Source: an uncultured Gammaproteobacteria bacterium
GTDB lineage: Bacteria > Patescibacteriota > Patescibacteriia > SBBC01 > CAIJZX01
Assembly: GCA_964397195.1 (NCBI GenBank)
Contig: CAYNGY010000001.1
Coordinates: 70,586 to 134,585, forward strand
Reading direction: 5' to 3'
DNA length: 64,000 bases
The notes beneath the pieces were generated by a model. That model was not told where the DNA came from. It searched no databases and worked only from the letters and a program-made list of their open reading frames with translations. Below are positions 46,864-56,119 of the stretch, in pieces. Position 1 is the stretch's first letter. Every line of letters starts with the position of its first letter. Position numbers and translations under genes: made by a program.

Positions 46864-46883
46864 GCCAGTAGCATACCATACCA

Positions 46884-46912
46884 AAACAGCGGGCGCTTAG
46901 CGCCCGCTGTTT
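46884..46912. terminator. Intrinsic terminator
   Basis: AAACAGCGGGCGC-tta-GCGCCCGCTGTTT. Confidence 0.8.
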
Positions 46913-46921
46913 AAGAGACTA

Positions 46922-48007
46922 CTATTGGGTATTCCGGTAGAGCGGCATCCCGGTGGTCGGACTGGTTGGGACGTAGATGGTGCCCTTGTTGTCCTTGAGG
47001 TTTTGGATGTAGAGGTAGTTTAGGTAATTCGGGGTTAAGCCATCGGCGATAATTTTTTGCGAGTCGCGCTGGCCGGCCGCCTCAATTCGTTTTCGTTCGG
47101 CCTCCTTCGATTCTTTTTGGAGAATGAACTCGTACTGCTGGGCCTGTTGCTCCGCCTGCAGTTTTTCTTGAATCGAGTTGGAAAGTTTTTCCGGGAGGAT
47201 AACATTTCGAAGGAGTGTGTCCTCGAGGGTGATGCCACGCGCGGTCAGTTTTTCGCTCATCAGCTTCTGAATCGCATCCGTCGCCTCTTCCCGCTTGGTG
47301 CTGTACAAGGCACTCGCATCATACTGTGATACAACTTCGCGAATGACCGATCGCACCTGCGGGCGGATAAAGTTTTCCGCGTAATCTCGTCCGAGTCCTG
47401 TATATACGTCTGAGGCTTTTTCCGCATCGAGGCGGAACAGGACGGTCAGATCAAGATTAACCTTCAAGCCTTCTTTCGTAAGGGCGTCAATCGAGTCGTC
47501 GGCCTTTCGGTTGCCCTCTTCTTTAACGATCGACATTGTGTACTGTTCGGTACGGACGCTCATCTTTGTTACGCCGCCGAGCGGGTTAATGATGTGGAGC
47601 CCCGATCGTAATTCATTCGGGCTGACACGTCCGAAAAGTTGGTAGACGCCAACCGATCCGGCCGGGACAACCACGAAGATGCGTGTGGCCACAAGAATGA
47701 CGACCACCACACCAATCGCAATACCAATAATACGCATAGACTGTTTCTGATTAGGAATAGTAAATAAAGAAGATTTTGTAATCGGCTGTTCTGATACAAC
47801 CTTCGGCTCACTCGACGAAAAGCCGATCGCCCGTCGCAGACGCTTATAAAAGAACCACCCGAGAATCGCCAGAATAATCAGTCCGAAAAAAAACTTCGGA
47901 TTAGAACCAAAAATGACTAAGGCCAAAAAAACGCCAATCGAAATCAGGACGCGTTTTGTGCCGGCATCTAAACCAGGAATGCGGGGTGGAGTAGTACTAG
48001 TAGCCAT
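46922..48007 (-). CDS. Prohibitin/SPFH (band 7) family membrane protein
   Basis: VVPAG.VGV..LFG, LTKEGL.V.LD, RS.IR, LRNV.LP and EAERKRIEA.G motifs. Confidence 0.92.
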   Translation of the reverse strand: MATSTTPPRIPGLDAGTKRVLISIGVFLALVIFGSNPKFFFGLIILAILGWFFYKRLRRAIGFSSSEPKVVSEQPITKSSLFTIPNQKQSMRIIGIAIGVVVVILVATRIFVVVPAGSVGVYQLFGRVSPNELRSGLHIINPLGGVTKMSVRTEQYTMSIVKEEGNRKADDSIDALTKEGLKVNLDLTVLFRLDAEKASDVYTGLGRDYAENFIRPQVRSVIREVVSQYDASALYSTKREEATDAIQKLMSEKLTARGITLEDTLLRNVILPEKLSNSIQEKLQAEQQAQQYEFILQKESKEAERKRIEAAGQRDSQKIIADGLTPNYLNYLYIQNLKDNKGTIYVPTSPTTGMPLYRNTQ

Positions 48008-48187
48008 TGTCTTTTCCACAACCAGTATACCACTTCCATCCCGTTATTTCTCGTCGGGACTTGACAAAATGAGAGATTGGTGGTATGATGCGCAGTTCTC
48101 TGATCGGGAAATCCCCGGGCGGAAACAGCAGATCGCTCTTACGATCTTCAATCTCTCAGAGGCGACCGCCGTCGCCGGAGGTGAGTC

Positions 48188-49396
48188 GTGGACTCCAATC
48201 CGAATGTTGTGTCCATGGGTTTCGCCACGATCGACGGCTTGCCTGTCGATTTTCGATCCCATCATCACCCGCACCTCGACGAGCTCCTCGCTCGCGAAGC
48301 AATCATCCGCTGTGCGGACGCCGGTTGGATTCGTTCCAACGCGTCCGGCAACGAAGATGGTCGGTACGCCATCAACCTCGGTGTACTCGGTGGCTCGTTC
48401 GACGAGCATGCTCAGCCGAAGGACAAGACGGAGCGGAAGAAGAAGGAAACCGCGGCGTCGCTGGTCTTCAAGTCGCTCGGGCTGTTCGACCACCCGTTGT
48501 TCAAGGCGGTACTCGAATATGCGATCCCGCAAGATCTCCGCGGCAAAGGGAGCCGCAATGATCTCGGGAACTTCCTGAAAACCTGGACGTACGTCCGGGT
48601 CTGGAAGCAGCAGGGCGCTGAATCGGACCTCGTCAACCGCTGGTTTGCGACGGCGCTTGAAGCGTTGCTCTACACCGAACTGCTTCGGCAGTCCGGAGTG
48701 GTGCTGACGCCCGGCGTCATGTCGGCTCTCCAGCGCCCGTTCCAGGTCGGGTCGATGTCGCTGTTCATCCGTCTCCATCAGAACGCGAAGGTGGCGACGG
48801 CGTGGCGGCGTCACGTTTCCCGAATCCGCGTTCTCGCGCGGCAGGGATTCCTCGCGGCTCGTGACGAACTGATCGCCGCAGCCAAGACCCAGGAAGTCAC
48901 AGCCGGTGATCGCAAGGTCACCATCTGCGTCTACCATGGCGACAACCCGTTTGCCCTCCGGGCCTACCGGTCCGAAGGTGCTCCGGGTGGCGAGGTCTTC
49001 ATGCAGTTCAAGAGCACCGGCCACATTCTGATTGCGGCCACCTCGCGCAGTCGCCTGCGGCTCGATTGGGCAGTGACGCTACTGCGGTCGAGTCTCTACG
49101 GCACGCTGGTGCAGCAGAATCAGGTAGTCAAGTCGGATGTGCCGCGGGCCTTCCGGCTGCGGTATGAAGGGACGTTGCCTGGTGCGCCGCACATTTACTT
49201 CATGCGCGGTGACGCCCGGCAGATCCACAACAGCACGCCGACCCATCCGCACGTTCCGCCGCTCATCAAGCCGGCGGGTCCGATGCCGGCCGACCAGTGC
49301 ATGAAAATGCTGGTCGAAGGACTGCGACGCGAACTCGCGGATCAGGCCCTGCCGCAGAAGCCGGAACCAAAGCCGGTGCAGGCGGCCCAAGATTGA
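48188..49396 (+). CDS. DHH-superfamily (MYG1-like) phosphoesterase-like protein
   Basis: H..PHLDE, G..GGSFDEH and TAASLV motif series; own promoter TTGACA-N17-TATGAT (48061-48089) and SD GGAGGT. Confidence 0.55.
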   Translation: MDSNPNVVSMGFATIDGLPVDFRSHHHPHLDELLAREAIIRCADAGWIRSNASGNEDGRYAINLGVLGGSFDEHAQPKDKTERKKKETAASLVFKSLGLFDHPLFKAVLEYAIPQDLRGKGSRNDLGNFLKTWTYVRVWKQQGAESDLVNRWFATALEALLYTELLRQSGVVLTPGVMSALQRPFQVGSMSLFIRLHQNAKVATAWRRHVSRIRVLARQGFLAARDELIAAAKTQEVTAGDRKVTICVYHGDNPFALRAYRSEGAPGGEVFMQFKSTGHILIAATSRSRLRLDWAVTLLRSSLYGTLVQQNQVVKSDVPRAFRLRYEGTLPGAPHIYFMRGDARQIHNSTPTHPHVPPLIKPAGPMPADQCMKMLVEGLRRELADQALPQKPEPKPVQAAQD

Positions 49397-49495
49397 GAGA
49401 AAGGAGATCGACCCCAGCGGGGCCCCGGCACATGCCGCGGCCCCGCTCTTCATATCTTGTCATACAGCGAGAAGCGTGATACGTTTCTCCCCGAT

Positions 49496-49572
49496 GCGCC
49501 CGTAGCTCAGTGGATTAGAGCATTTGGCTTCGGACCAAAGGGTCGGGGGTTCGAGTCCCTCCGGGCGCACCA
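49496..49572 (+). tRNA. tRNA-Arg(TCG)
   Basis: TTTGG-CTTCGGA-CCAAA anticodon arm, GGTTCGAGTCC, CCA. Confidence 0.96.
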
Positions 49573-49721
49573 GACTGGTCGCGAAGCGACACAAAAGAAA
49601 TGAGCCCGAAGAGGGGCGAGAAGGGCAGAAGAGAGGTCGAGCGTAGCGACGACCGAACGACCGGCGAGTTGCCGGCAGCAAGTCGCCGCTGCCCCGGACC
49701 CGAGTCCCTCCGGGCGCACCA
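49573..49721 (+). mobile_element. Miniature tRNA-linked element ending in a 21-bp duplicate of the tRNA-Arg 3' end
   Basis: CGAGTCCCTCCGGGCGCACCA occurs at 49552-49572 and 49701-49721, around a 128-bp hairpin-rich interior. Confidence 0.7.
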
Positions 49722-49785
49722 TTTGGAAAAAAGTAGTCGTTCTCGTGTTTGGTCGGACCAATGTCGAATACCTAATCATCAAGAC

Positions 49786-50529
49786 ATGAATCACGAGCTG
49801 GGGATAGAGCTCGCGCGTCACCAACACCAGTCGACGGAGAAAGAAACGGTGCTGGCGGAAGCGGCCGTTGTAAAAAAGATTCCCCTTCGGCAAATACAGC
49901 CGGATGCGTTTCGCGTTGAGTTCATAAATGGCGAACAAGCTATATTCAAGCCGGAAAAAAGTGATGCGACGATGGCCAGTATACGCAATGGGCATAAAAA
50001 TGAGCGGGCCGCATTCCTTGTTGATCAATTGTTGGCACTACAACTTGTACCGACAACCGTGTTACGAGAGATTGATGGTCAAATGGGGAGCGTTCAAGAA
50101 TTTATCCCCGACGCCAGGAATATTCATGAAATACCCAAAGAACAACAAGTCGCCGCACGGCACCAACTTGGAGACGTTTGGGCATTCGATTTTATTATCG
50201 GAAATCGGGATCGGAACTCCGGAAACGCATTGTTTGATGTCGAGGGGCGAGTATATGGGATAGACCATGGGCAATCATTCCAAGATTCTTTTTATTCTTT
50301 TGCCACACCTCCGACCTGGGATTTTGATCGGCTGGGAGAGGCCCTGAAGACATTTACCCTCAGTGAGGCGGCGGCAGATCAATTACGAGCTGAATTATTA
50401 GAATTCCTATCTCCGAAACAGGTAGACGCGTGCCTGCACCGAATCTCGGTGTTGGCTACCGAGTTAGAAAAGACTGAGCATACCGAGAAGCCGTCTGCCT
50501 GGGCGAGTCAAAACTTTTATACCTCCTAA
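49786..50529 (+). CDS. PI3/PI4-kinase-like (HipA/SCO1664-related) kinase
   Basis: AIFKP, E.AAF.VD..L....VPTTV.R, GSVQEFI, FD..I.N.DRN.GN and IDHG motifs. Confidence 0.8.
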   Translation: MNHELGIELARHQHQSTEKETVLAEAAVVKKIPLRQIQPDAFRVEFINGEQAIFKPEKSDATMASIRNGHKNERAAFLVDQLLALQLVPTTVLREIDGQMGSVQEFIPDARNIHEIPKEQQVAARHQLGDVWAFDFIIGNRDRNSGNALFDVEGRVYGIDHGQSFQDSFYSFATPPTWDFDRLGEALKTFTLSEAAADQLRAELLEFLSPKQVDACLHRISVLATELEKTEHTEKPSAWASQNFYTS

Positions 50530-50560
50530 AATAATAGGAAGGTAAAATACTATCGTACGT

Positions 50561-50898
50561 ATGGGCACGTTAGCAATATTATTCACCACACAGCTCCTGT
50601 TCAGCACCGGAGATGTAATTGCACGGTCGGCTTTGGTGAAGCATGGATTTTCTGTTGCTACCTTTTTTTCGTGGTGGTTTGTGGTATATGTGCTCCTGCG
50701 AACTATCGCGACTTTCGGACAACTTTTATTCTTAGTCAAACCCAATTAGGACGGAGTGCCGCCTTATTTGGCGCGGTTTCAATCATCATCGCCAATCTCC
50801 TCTCGTATTTTTACTTACGTGAATCGCTTTCGTTATGGATGTATGGTGGGGTCATGCTCGCTGTTATGGCCTTCCTTGTACTAGCCGTAACTAAATAA
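50561..50898 (+). pseudogene. Small DMT/SMR-like membrane protein split by a 1-nt frameshift (or a sequencing error)
   Basis: Two overlapping hydrophobic ORFs join into one 4-TM protein if one base is added in the TTTT run at about 50724-50727. Confidence 0.65.
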
Positions 50899-50970
50899 AC
50901 GGCGACAGGCAGAGAGATTTCAACTTGTAGATACAAAAAAACATCGCCGTGGCGATGAAGGAAAGGGAGT

Positions 50971-51001
50971 GGTCCGGTCGCGCGTGGTGCGCGACCGGAC
51001 C
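50971..51001 (-). terminator. Perfect GC hairpin after the mosaic secreted gene
   Basis: GGTCCGGTCGCGC-gtggt-GCGCGACCGGACC. Confidence 0.75.
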
Positions 51002-51007
51002 CTCGGT

Positions 51008-53134
51008 TCAGTCGATCCGGACAATTCGCGTGACGCTTGACCCGAAGCGGGTCTGCGTCCGTGCGAAATACATTCCGGCCGACAAGGTGCGGTTCGGCTG
51101 CCAGTCGAGCGTGTGCTGACCGGCAGAGTACTCGGCGTTGATCGGGCGATCGACGAGTCGCCCTTGAACGTCGTAGACGTTCATCGTGACCATCGACGTA
51201 CCCGGCAGACTAAACCGGATGGTCGTCGAGGTCTGGAAAGGACAAGGACCGAAGGATGGCAGCGCGAGGGCCGTGGCGTCAGCGGAGTCGTCGGACCCCG
51301 ACTGGCTAGCCATGGCGGGGCCAGTCACGACCGTAAGGCGTCCCCACTGGTCGAGCATCAAGCTGCCCGGAATGAGGCTCCCAGCGCCATTGTTGAGCGC
51401 CGGATACCACTTTCCATCGCGTGGCCGATAGCACAGGACATCGTCCAGTCCGTCCTGGTTCAGATCGACCAGTTTCGGAATGTACGGGCCAGTGCTTTCG
51501 GTCGCCCATCCGGTGACCATGGTTGGCCCGGGGACGAGATGGCCGCCGACGAACGTCGCCGGAATCCACGTCCCGCTACTCGGCCGGTACATGATCATGC
51601 CGTCATACGACCCGGCGGCGATCTTGCCGGCCAGCGGAATGTACGGCCCGGTACTCGCGGGGCACCAGCCAGCGATGGCGGCGTCCTGCGGCACCAGTCG
51701 TCCGTTCCCCATGTTCTGAGTCGGATAGTAGTTTCCATCACTCGCGCGGATGGCCATGACCTCGTCGAGTGCATCGCCGAGGAAATTGCCGACCACCATC
51801 GAGTAGGTCGTACCACCAGCCCAATTGGCCAACATCGCGTCCTGCGGGACGAATCCTGACCCGGTGTTGAGCGCCGGATAGAGATTGCCGTCAGCCACGC
51901 GGCGAACCATGACCTCGTCGAGTGAATCGGCGAGGAAGTTTCCGACCAGCGGCACGTAGGCGTCTCCGGCCGCCCAGTTCGTCATCACCGCGTTCTGCGG
52001 GACGAGACCTGAGGCGGTGTTGAATGCCGGATACCAGTTTCCATCAGCCGGTCGACGCGCCATGACGCTCGTCCGAATCGTTCGGGTGAACTTTCCGGTC
52101 AGCGCCGTATACGCGTTGCCCGACGCCCACGAAGTGAGGACGGGAGCGGTGTTCGGCAGGAAGCTGCTGATGCCAGCACTCCCGGTCGTGTTCGAAGCGA
52201 TCGACCAGTTTCCGAGGTCGGGCTGGTAGAGCCCGATGTCCGGATATCGGTCACCATCGAACCAACCGACGAGCGGCGTGAACGTAGTGCCCGCGACCTG
52301 CGCGGTCTGCACCGTCACCGTGATGGTGCCGAGCATGTCGGTGAAGAACTGTCCGTTGCTGGTGTTGCAGAGTGCGAGGTAGAGGACGAACGTGCCCGAT
52401 GCCTGCGGTGCTCGAATCGTGAAAGGGAAAATGCCGGTCGCTGTGGCCGTCCGGATGGACGTGACATTCGACCAACTTGCCCAATTCGGCACCTCGTCAC
52501 CGGTCCGCACCGCGAACCAATACGTCGAGTCGGCATGGAGCCCAGTGACACGGAGCGTGTCCTGCGTTCCCGGCAAACTCGGGATGGTCGGGTAGATCAA
52601 GCGCGAAGCGCCAAGCCACTGGTTCGTCACCAGCGATGTTCCGCTCCGTCGGACATCGTACACACTAGCCTGACCCGTCATCCCGTCATCACCAACCGCC
52701 GTCCAACCGAGTCGCGCGGAATTGGTGGCATTGTTCGTGCCACCCTCACCGAGAACCGAGGTGGTCGGGGCGGTGATGTCGATCGTGCTCCCGGATCGCC
52801 AGTTGTAGGCGAGCGGCGAGACCGATGTCGCGGTGGCCGTGTTGTTCACGGACCGCAGGATGTAGTTCGAGGTCGACCAGGTGTTGCTGCCGATGTTCTT
52901 GACGGCGAGGGTACAGGCGACGACCTGACCCGGGGCGAGGGTCAGCAACGTACCCGGCGCGATTCGGACCATGACGCCCGCGTCCGCGCCGATCGCTGCT
53001 GCGCTTGCCAAGTCCGGCCCCATCGGCGATTCCGATTCGGGGAGAAGGACGTGGTCAATCGCGTCCGCCGCCATTACCGGGTAGGCAATGAGCAGAGCGA
53101 AGGACAGCGCCAGTAATGCATACAGAGTCTTCAT
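51008..53134 (-). CDS. Secreted mosaic protein: NBR1-Ig-like domain with an FN3 insert, FG-GAP/VCBS-like propeller repeats and a T9SS/FlgD-like C-terminal domain
   Basis: Signal peptide; WTAVGDDG..G.AS.YD.R and FAVRT.DEVPNW (FN3); about 7 repeats of G.F..D..DE...RR..DG.WY; P.PF...TTIRFSLP......VYDVQGRLV...AG.H...W.....SAGMYF.R. SD GGAGG. Confidence 0.85.
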   Translation of the reverse strand: MKTLYALLALSFALLIAYPVMAADAIDHVLLPESESPMGPDLASAAAIGADAGVMVRIAPGTLLTLAPGQVVACTLAVKNIGSNTWSTSNYILRSVNNTATATSVSPLAYNWRSGSTIDITAPTTSVLGEGGTNNATNSARLGWTAVGDDGMTGQASVYDVRRSGTSLVTNQWLGASRLIYPTIPSLPGTQDTLRVTGLHADSTYWFAVRTGDEVPNWASWSNVTSIRTATATGIFPFTIRAPQASGTFVLYLALCNTSNGQFFTDMLGTITVTVQTAQVAGTTFTPLVGWFDGDRYPDIGLYQPDLGNWSIASNTTGSAGISSFLPNTAPVLTSWASGNAYTALTGKFTRTIRTSVMARRPADGNWYPAFNTASGLVPQNAVMTNWAAGDAYVPLVGNFLADSLDEVMVRRVADGNLYPALNTGSGFVPQDAMLANWAGGTTYSMVVGNFLGDALDEVMAIRASDGNYYPTQNMGNGRLVPQDAAIAGWCPASTGPYIPLAGKIAAGSYDGMIMYRPSSGTWIPATFVGGHLVPGPTMVTGWATESTGPYIPKLVDLNQDGLDDVLCYRPRDGKWYPALNNGAGSLIPGSLMLDQWGRLTVVTGPAMASQSGSDDSADATALALPSFGPCPFQTSTTIRFSLPGTSMVTMNVYDVQGRLVDRPINAEYSAGQHTLDWQPNRTLSAGMYFARTQTRFGSSVTRIVRID

Positions 53135-53457
53135 CTCCATGACCTCCGTGTGGGGGGTGAGGCTCTGTGTGGTCTTTATTTTCGATCCCACAGCAAAGCC
53201 GTGGGTTTATTTTTGCTAAATTGGCAAGCTGCTCGCCAGATTTCGAACTGCGCACTATATCAGGTTTACGCCGGTTTGTCAAGACCGGCGTTGTTTATAT
53301 CTTTGCGAGGTAGAGTATAGCACCTCTAACGAGCAGGTCTCGGATTTTGGCTAACCTTTCAGCATAGCAAATGAAACTGAAGAAACGCTGAAGGCTTGTC
53401 GAAGAAGGAAATTGCTGATATTATTCGAGCGCTTCAAAAATGAAGCGTTGAAAAGTA

Positions 53458-53533
53458 CGGGGTGTGGCGCAGTTGGTAGCGCGCCTGCTTTGGGAGCAGG
53501 AGGCCGCAGGTTCGAACCCTGTCACCCCGACCA
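53458..53533 (+). tRNA. tRNA-Pro(TGG)
   Basis: CGGGGTG acceptor stem, CCTGC-TTTGGGA-GCAGG anticodon arm, GGTTCGAACCC, CCA. Confidence 0.96.
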
Positions 53534-53719
53534 CGCGTGATCGCGACCTCGCTTAAACGGAGGTGCTTTCGCTTCTCCGTTGCCGATCCGCTCGCGTCCG
53601 GCGTACCCCTCATTTGTGGGGATCCCGCATTATTGGGTTGACATAATCACAGCGCGCCATTAAGCTCGCGGTGGAACTTTGGCAATCGAAGAAACCGGCC
53701 CATAACGGCGGAGGAAATC

Positions 53720-54820
53720 ATGAGCGCACGCAGTGTTTTTGAAAGGCTCTTGGTGCCAGCGCAGATCACCATTAACGGTGCTGCGCCGTGGGACATTCGC
53801 GTCCACAACACGGCTTTGTACGATCGCGTCTTGCGCGGTGGGTCGATGGCGCTCGGCGAGTCGTATATGGATGGTTGGTGGGACGTCGAACGTCTCGATG
53901 AATTCTTCTGTCGCATTCTCGCCGCGCGGATCGATCGGAATGTGCGCTTCGCGCCGTCGTCGATGCTGGCGATTCTCCGGGCCCACTTCCGGATCACGCC
54001 ACAGCAATCGTTTATCGTCGGTCAGGAACACTACGACCGCGGTAACGATCTGTACGCGGCGATGCTCGGTCCGACCATGGCCTACACCTGCGGGTACTGG
54101 CAACTCGCCACGACGCTCGAGGAAGCCCAGGTTGCCAAGCTGGATCTCGTCTGTCGGAAACTCAAGCTCCGGCCCGGAATGTCGGTACTCGACATCGGCT
54201 CAGGATGGGGGAGTTTTGCCCACTACGCCGCGGAGCAGTACGGCGTGTCCGTCACCGGCGTTACCATCTCGGTTGAGCAAGTGGAGTTTGCGCGGCAGTG
54301 GTGTCGGGGGCTGCCGATCGAGTTCAAGCTCTGCGACTACCGCCATGCGACCGGTCAGTACGATCGCGTCGTTTCCCTCGGCATGTTCGAACACGTCGGT
54401 CGGCGGCAGTACCGCACCTTCATGGATGTGGTGGATCGCCGTTTGGCCCCGGATGGCCTCTTCCTGCTGCACACCATTGGTGGCGCCGCTGGGAATGAAC
54501 CAGATCCGTGGGTGGAGAAGTACATCTTCCCGAATGGTGTCATCCCGTCGCTGGAGCAGATCCATCGCGCCAGCGAACCGGGCTGGATCTTCGAAGATGG
54601 TCACAACTTCGGGGCCGATTACGACCCGACCCTGATGGCCTGGCGGCAGAACTTCATCCAGGCCTGGCCGCAACTGGCGGCGAAGTATGGCCAGCGATTC
54701 TACCGGATGTGGGAGTACTGGCTCTGCGCCTCGGCCGGATCTTTCCGGGCGCGTCACAGCCAGCTCTGGCAGCTCGTCTTCTCGCGCGGCATCCGCGGCG
54801 GCTATCGCTCGGTTCGCTAA
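53720..54820 (+). CDS. cfa: Cyclopropane-fatty-acyl-phospholipid synthase
   Basis: LGESYMDGWW, HYD.GNDLY, YTCGYW, VLDIGSGWG, SLGMFEHVG, KYIFPNG and FYRMWEY motifs. Confidence 0.95.
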   Translation: MSARSVFERLLVPAQITINGAAPWDIRVHNTALYDRVLRGGSMALGESYMDGWWDVERLDEFFCRILAARIDRNVRFAPSSMLAILRAHFRITPQQSFIVGQEHYDRGNDLYAAMLGPTMAYTCGYWQLATTLEEAQVAKLDLVCRKLKLRPGMSVLDIGSGWGSFAHYAAEQYGVSVTGVTISVEQVEFARQWCRGLPIEFKLCDYRHATGQYDRVVSLGMFEHVGRRQYRTFMDVVDRRLAPDGLFLLHTIGGAAGNEPDPWVEKYIFPNGVIPSLEQIHRASEPGWIFEDGHNFGADYDPTLMAWRQNFIQAWPQLAAKYGQRFYRMWEYWLCASAGSFRARHSQLWQLVFSRGIRGGYRSVR

Positions 54821-54963
54821 CAATCGCACCTGCTCTCGATGTGCCCTCGCCCACGTGGTGAGGGTTTTCTCTGTCACGTAATTGACAGGGCAAGCGCCCA
54901 GTGATAGCGTCGAGGCGTAACGTCCCCGTTGTCCCAGCAACCATCTTCCCGAGGGAGCACGTC

Positions 54964-55527
54964 ATGCACCGATCTTTGACTCCGCTGTTCGCGCTGTTTC
55001 TCCTCGTGGGCGGCGGTCTTCAGTCCGCCAGCGGCCAGACCATCACCTCGATGCACCTGTGGTCGCTCGACCCGAACGAGTACCTCAGCCAGGGCCAGGA
55101 CCTGACCTTCACGCCGGCGACCGGCACGTTCAACGTTTTCGTGAACTTCCGCTCCGGCGTGACCGCCATCTTCCAGGATTCGAACAACGAGAACCTGTGG
55201 TGGCGAGTCGAGCTGTCGGCGCCGAACAACGAACTGATCGTCCCCGGCCAGGTCTACGAAGGAGCGGTGTTCTTCAACACCGTGCCGCTCCACCTGCCGG
55301 GAGTCGGCGCAAGCACCTACGGGCGCTGGTGTCAGCAGATGGGCGGTCGGTTCGAGTGCCGCGTGAACGACAGCGACTTCAGCGAGGTTCGTCACCTGTG
55401 GGTACTCGGCGAGCTCGACTGCGACTACATGGGGCGCAAGCTCCAGTTCGACATCCGCTACAAGGTCGACCAGGCTGTGCCGACGCTGTCGCGTACCTGG
55501 GGTGACCTGAAGACGAAGTACCGTTGA
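54964..55527 (+). CDS. Secreted protein with a C-terminal TWGxLKxxYR tail
   Basis: Signal peptide ending ASG, beta-rich domain, ends AVPTLSRTWGDLKTKYR*. SD GAGGGAG; promoter TTGACA-N17-TAGCGT. Confidence 0.8.
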   Translation: MHRSLTPLFALFLLVGGGLQSASGQTITSMHLWSLDPNEYLSQGQDLTFTPATGTFNVFVNFRSGVTAIFQDSNNENLWWRVELSAPNNELIVPGQVYEGAVFFNTVPLHLPGVGASTYGRWCQQMGGRFECRVNDSDFSEVRHLWVLGELDCDYMGRKLQFDIRYKVDQAVPTLSRTWGDLKTKYR

Positions 55528-55596
55528 TGTCCCGCGGTACGCACGAATCGGGCCCGGCAGACCGTCGGGCCCGTGATTTCTTTCGCCGGAGGTCGC

Positions 55597-56004
55597 ATGC
55601 ACAATTCGGAATCAGTACCGCTGATCTGGCGATGGACAGAAGGGCACCTGACGTTCGAACGGTTCAGTCAAGAACTCCTGTCGTTTGAACATTTCGCCGC
55701 TAGGCTCTTGCGTCATGTGTGGGCAGCGATGGCCGTGCTGGGTGCCGAGCTTGTGCTCGGCGTCATCGGCTATACTACCATCGCGCACCTCACTCCGATT
55801 GACGCGTTGTACAATGCGGCGATGCTCGCGGGCGGGCAGGGGCCGGTCGATCTGATGCCGACGTGGCAAGCCAAGATCTGGGGGTCATTCTACGCGCTAT
55901 TCAGCGGTGCCTTCGGGATGATCATTCTCGGACTTCTCGTCGCGCCGATCTGGCATCGGTGCGAGCACTGGCACCGCCGACACAATCACCACCAGCCAAC
56001 CTAG
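55597..56004 (+). CDS. Small ion-channel-like (2-TM pore) membrane protein
   Basis: G..GY......L..IDALYNAAML.GGQGP...K.WGSFYALFSG pattern; SD GGAGGT. Confidence 0.65.
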   Translation: MHNSESVPLIWRWTEGHLTFERFSQELLSFEHFAARLLRHVWAAMAVLGAELVLGVIGYTTIAHLTPIDALYNAAMLAGGQGPVDLMPTWQAKIWGSFYALFSGAFGMIILGLLVAPIWHRCEHWHRRHNHHQPT

Positions 56005-56119
56005 TTTGTACCATGGCGCGCGGCCTCTCCGGTTCGCGCGCCGCCTTATTTTTCGGCGCCGCAAATGTGTGATATGGTGAGCATATCCAAAGTGAGCCTT
56101 AATCACGATAATTCGTTTC

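Noticed and set aside
48044-49024. 326-aa antisense ORF
   Set aside because: Shadow of the plus-strand gene, which has the promoter, SD, terminator and motifs.
51300-52280. Nucleotide-level repeats as a CRISPR array or DGR
   Set aside because: They are in-frame degenerate propeller-blade repeats; there are no constant repeats with spacers and no reverse transcriptase.
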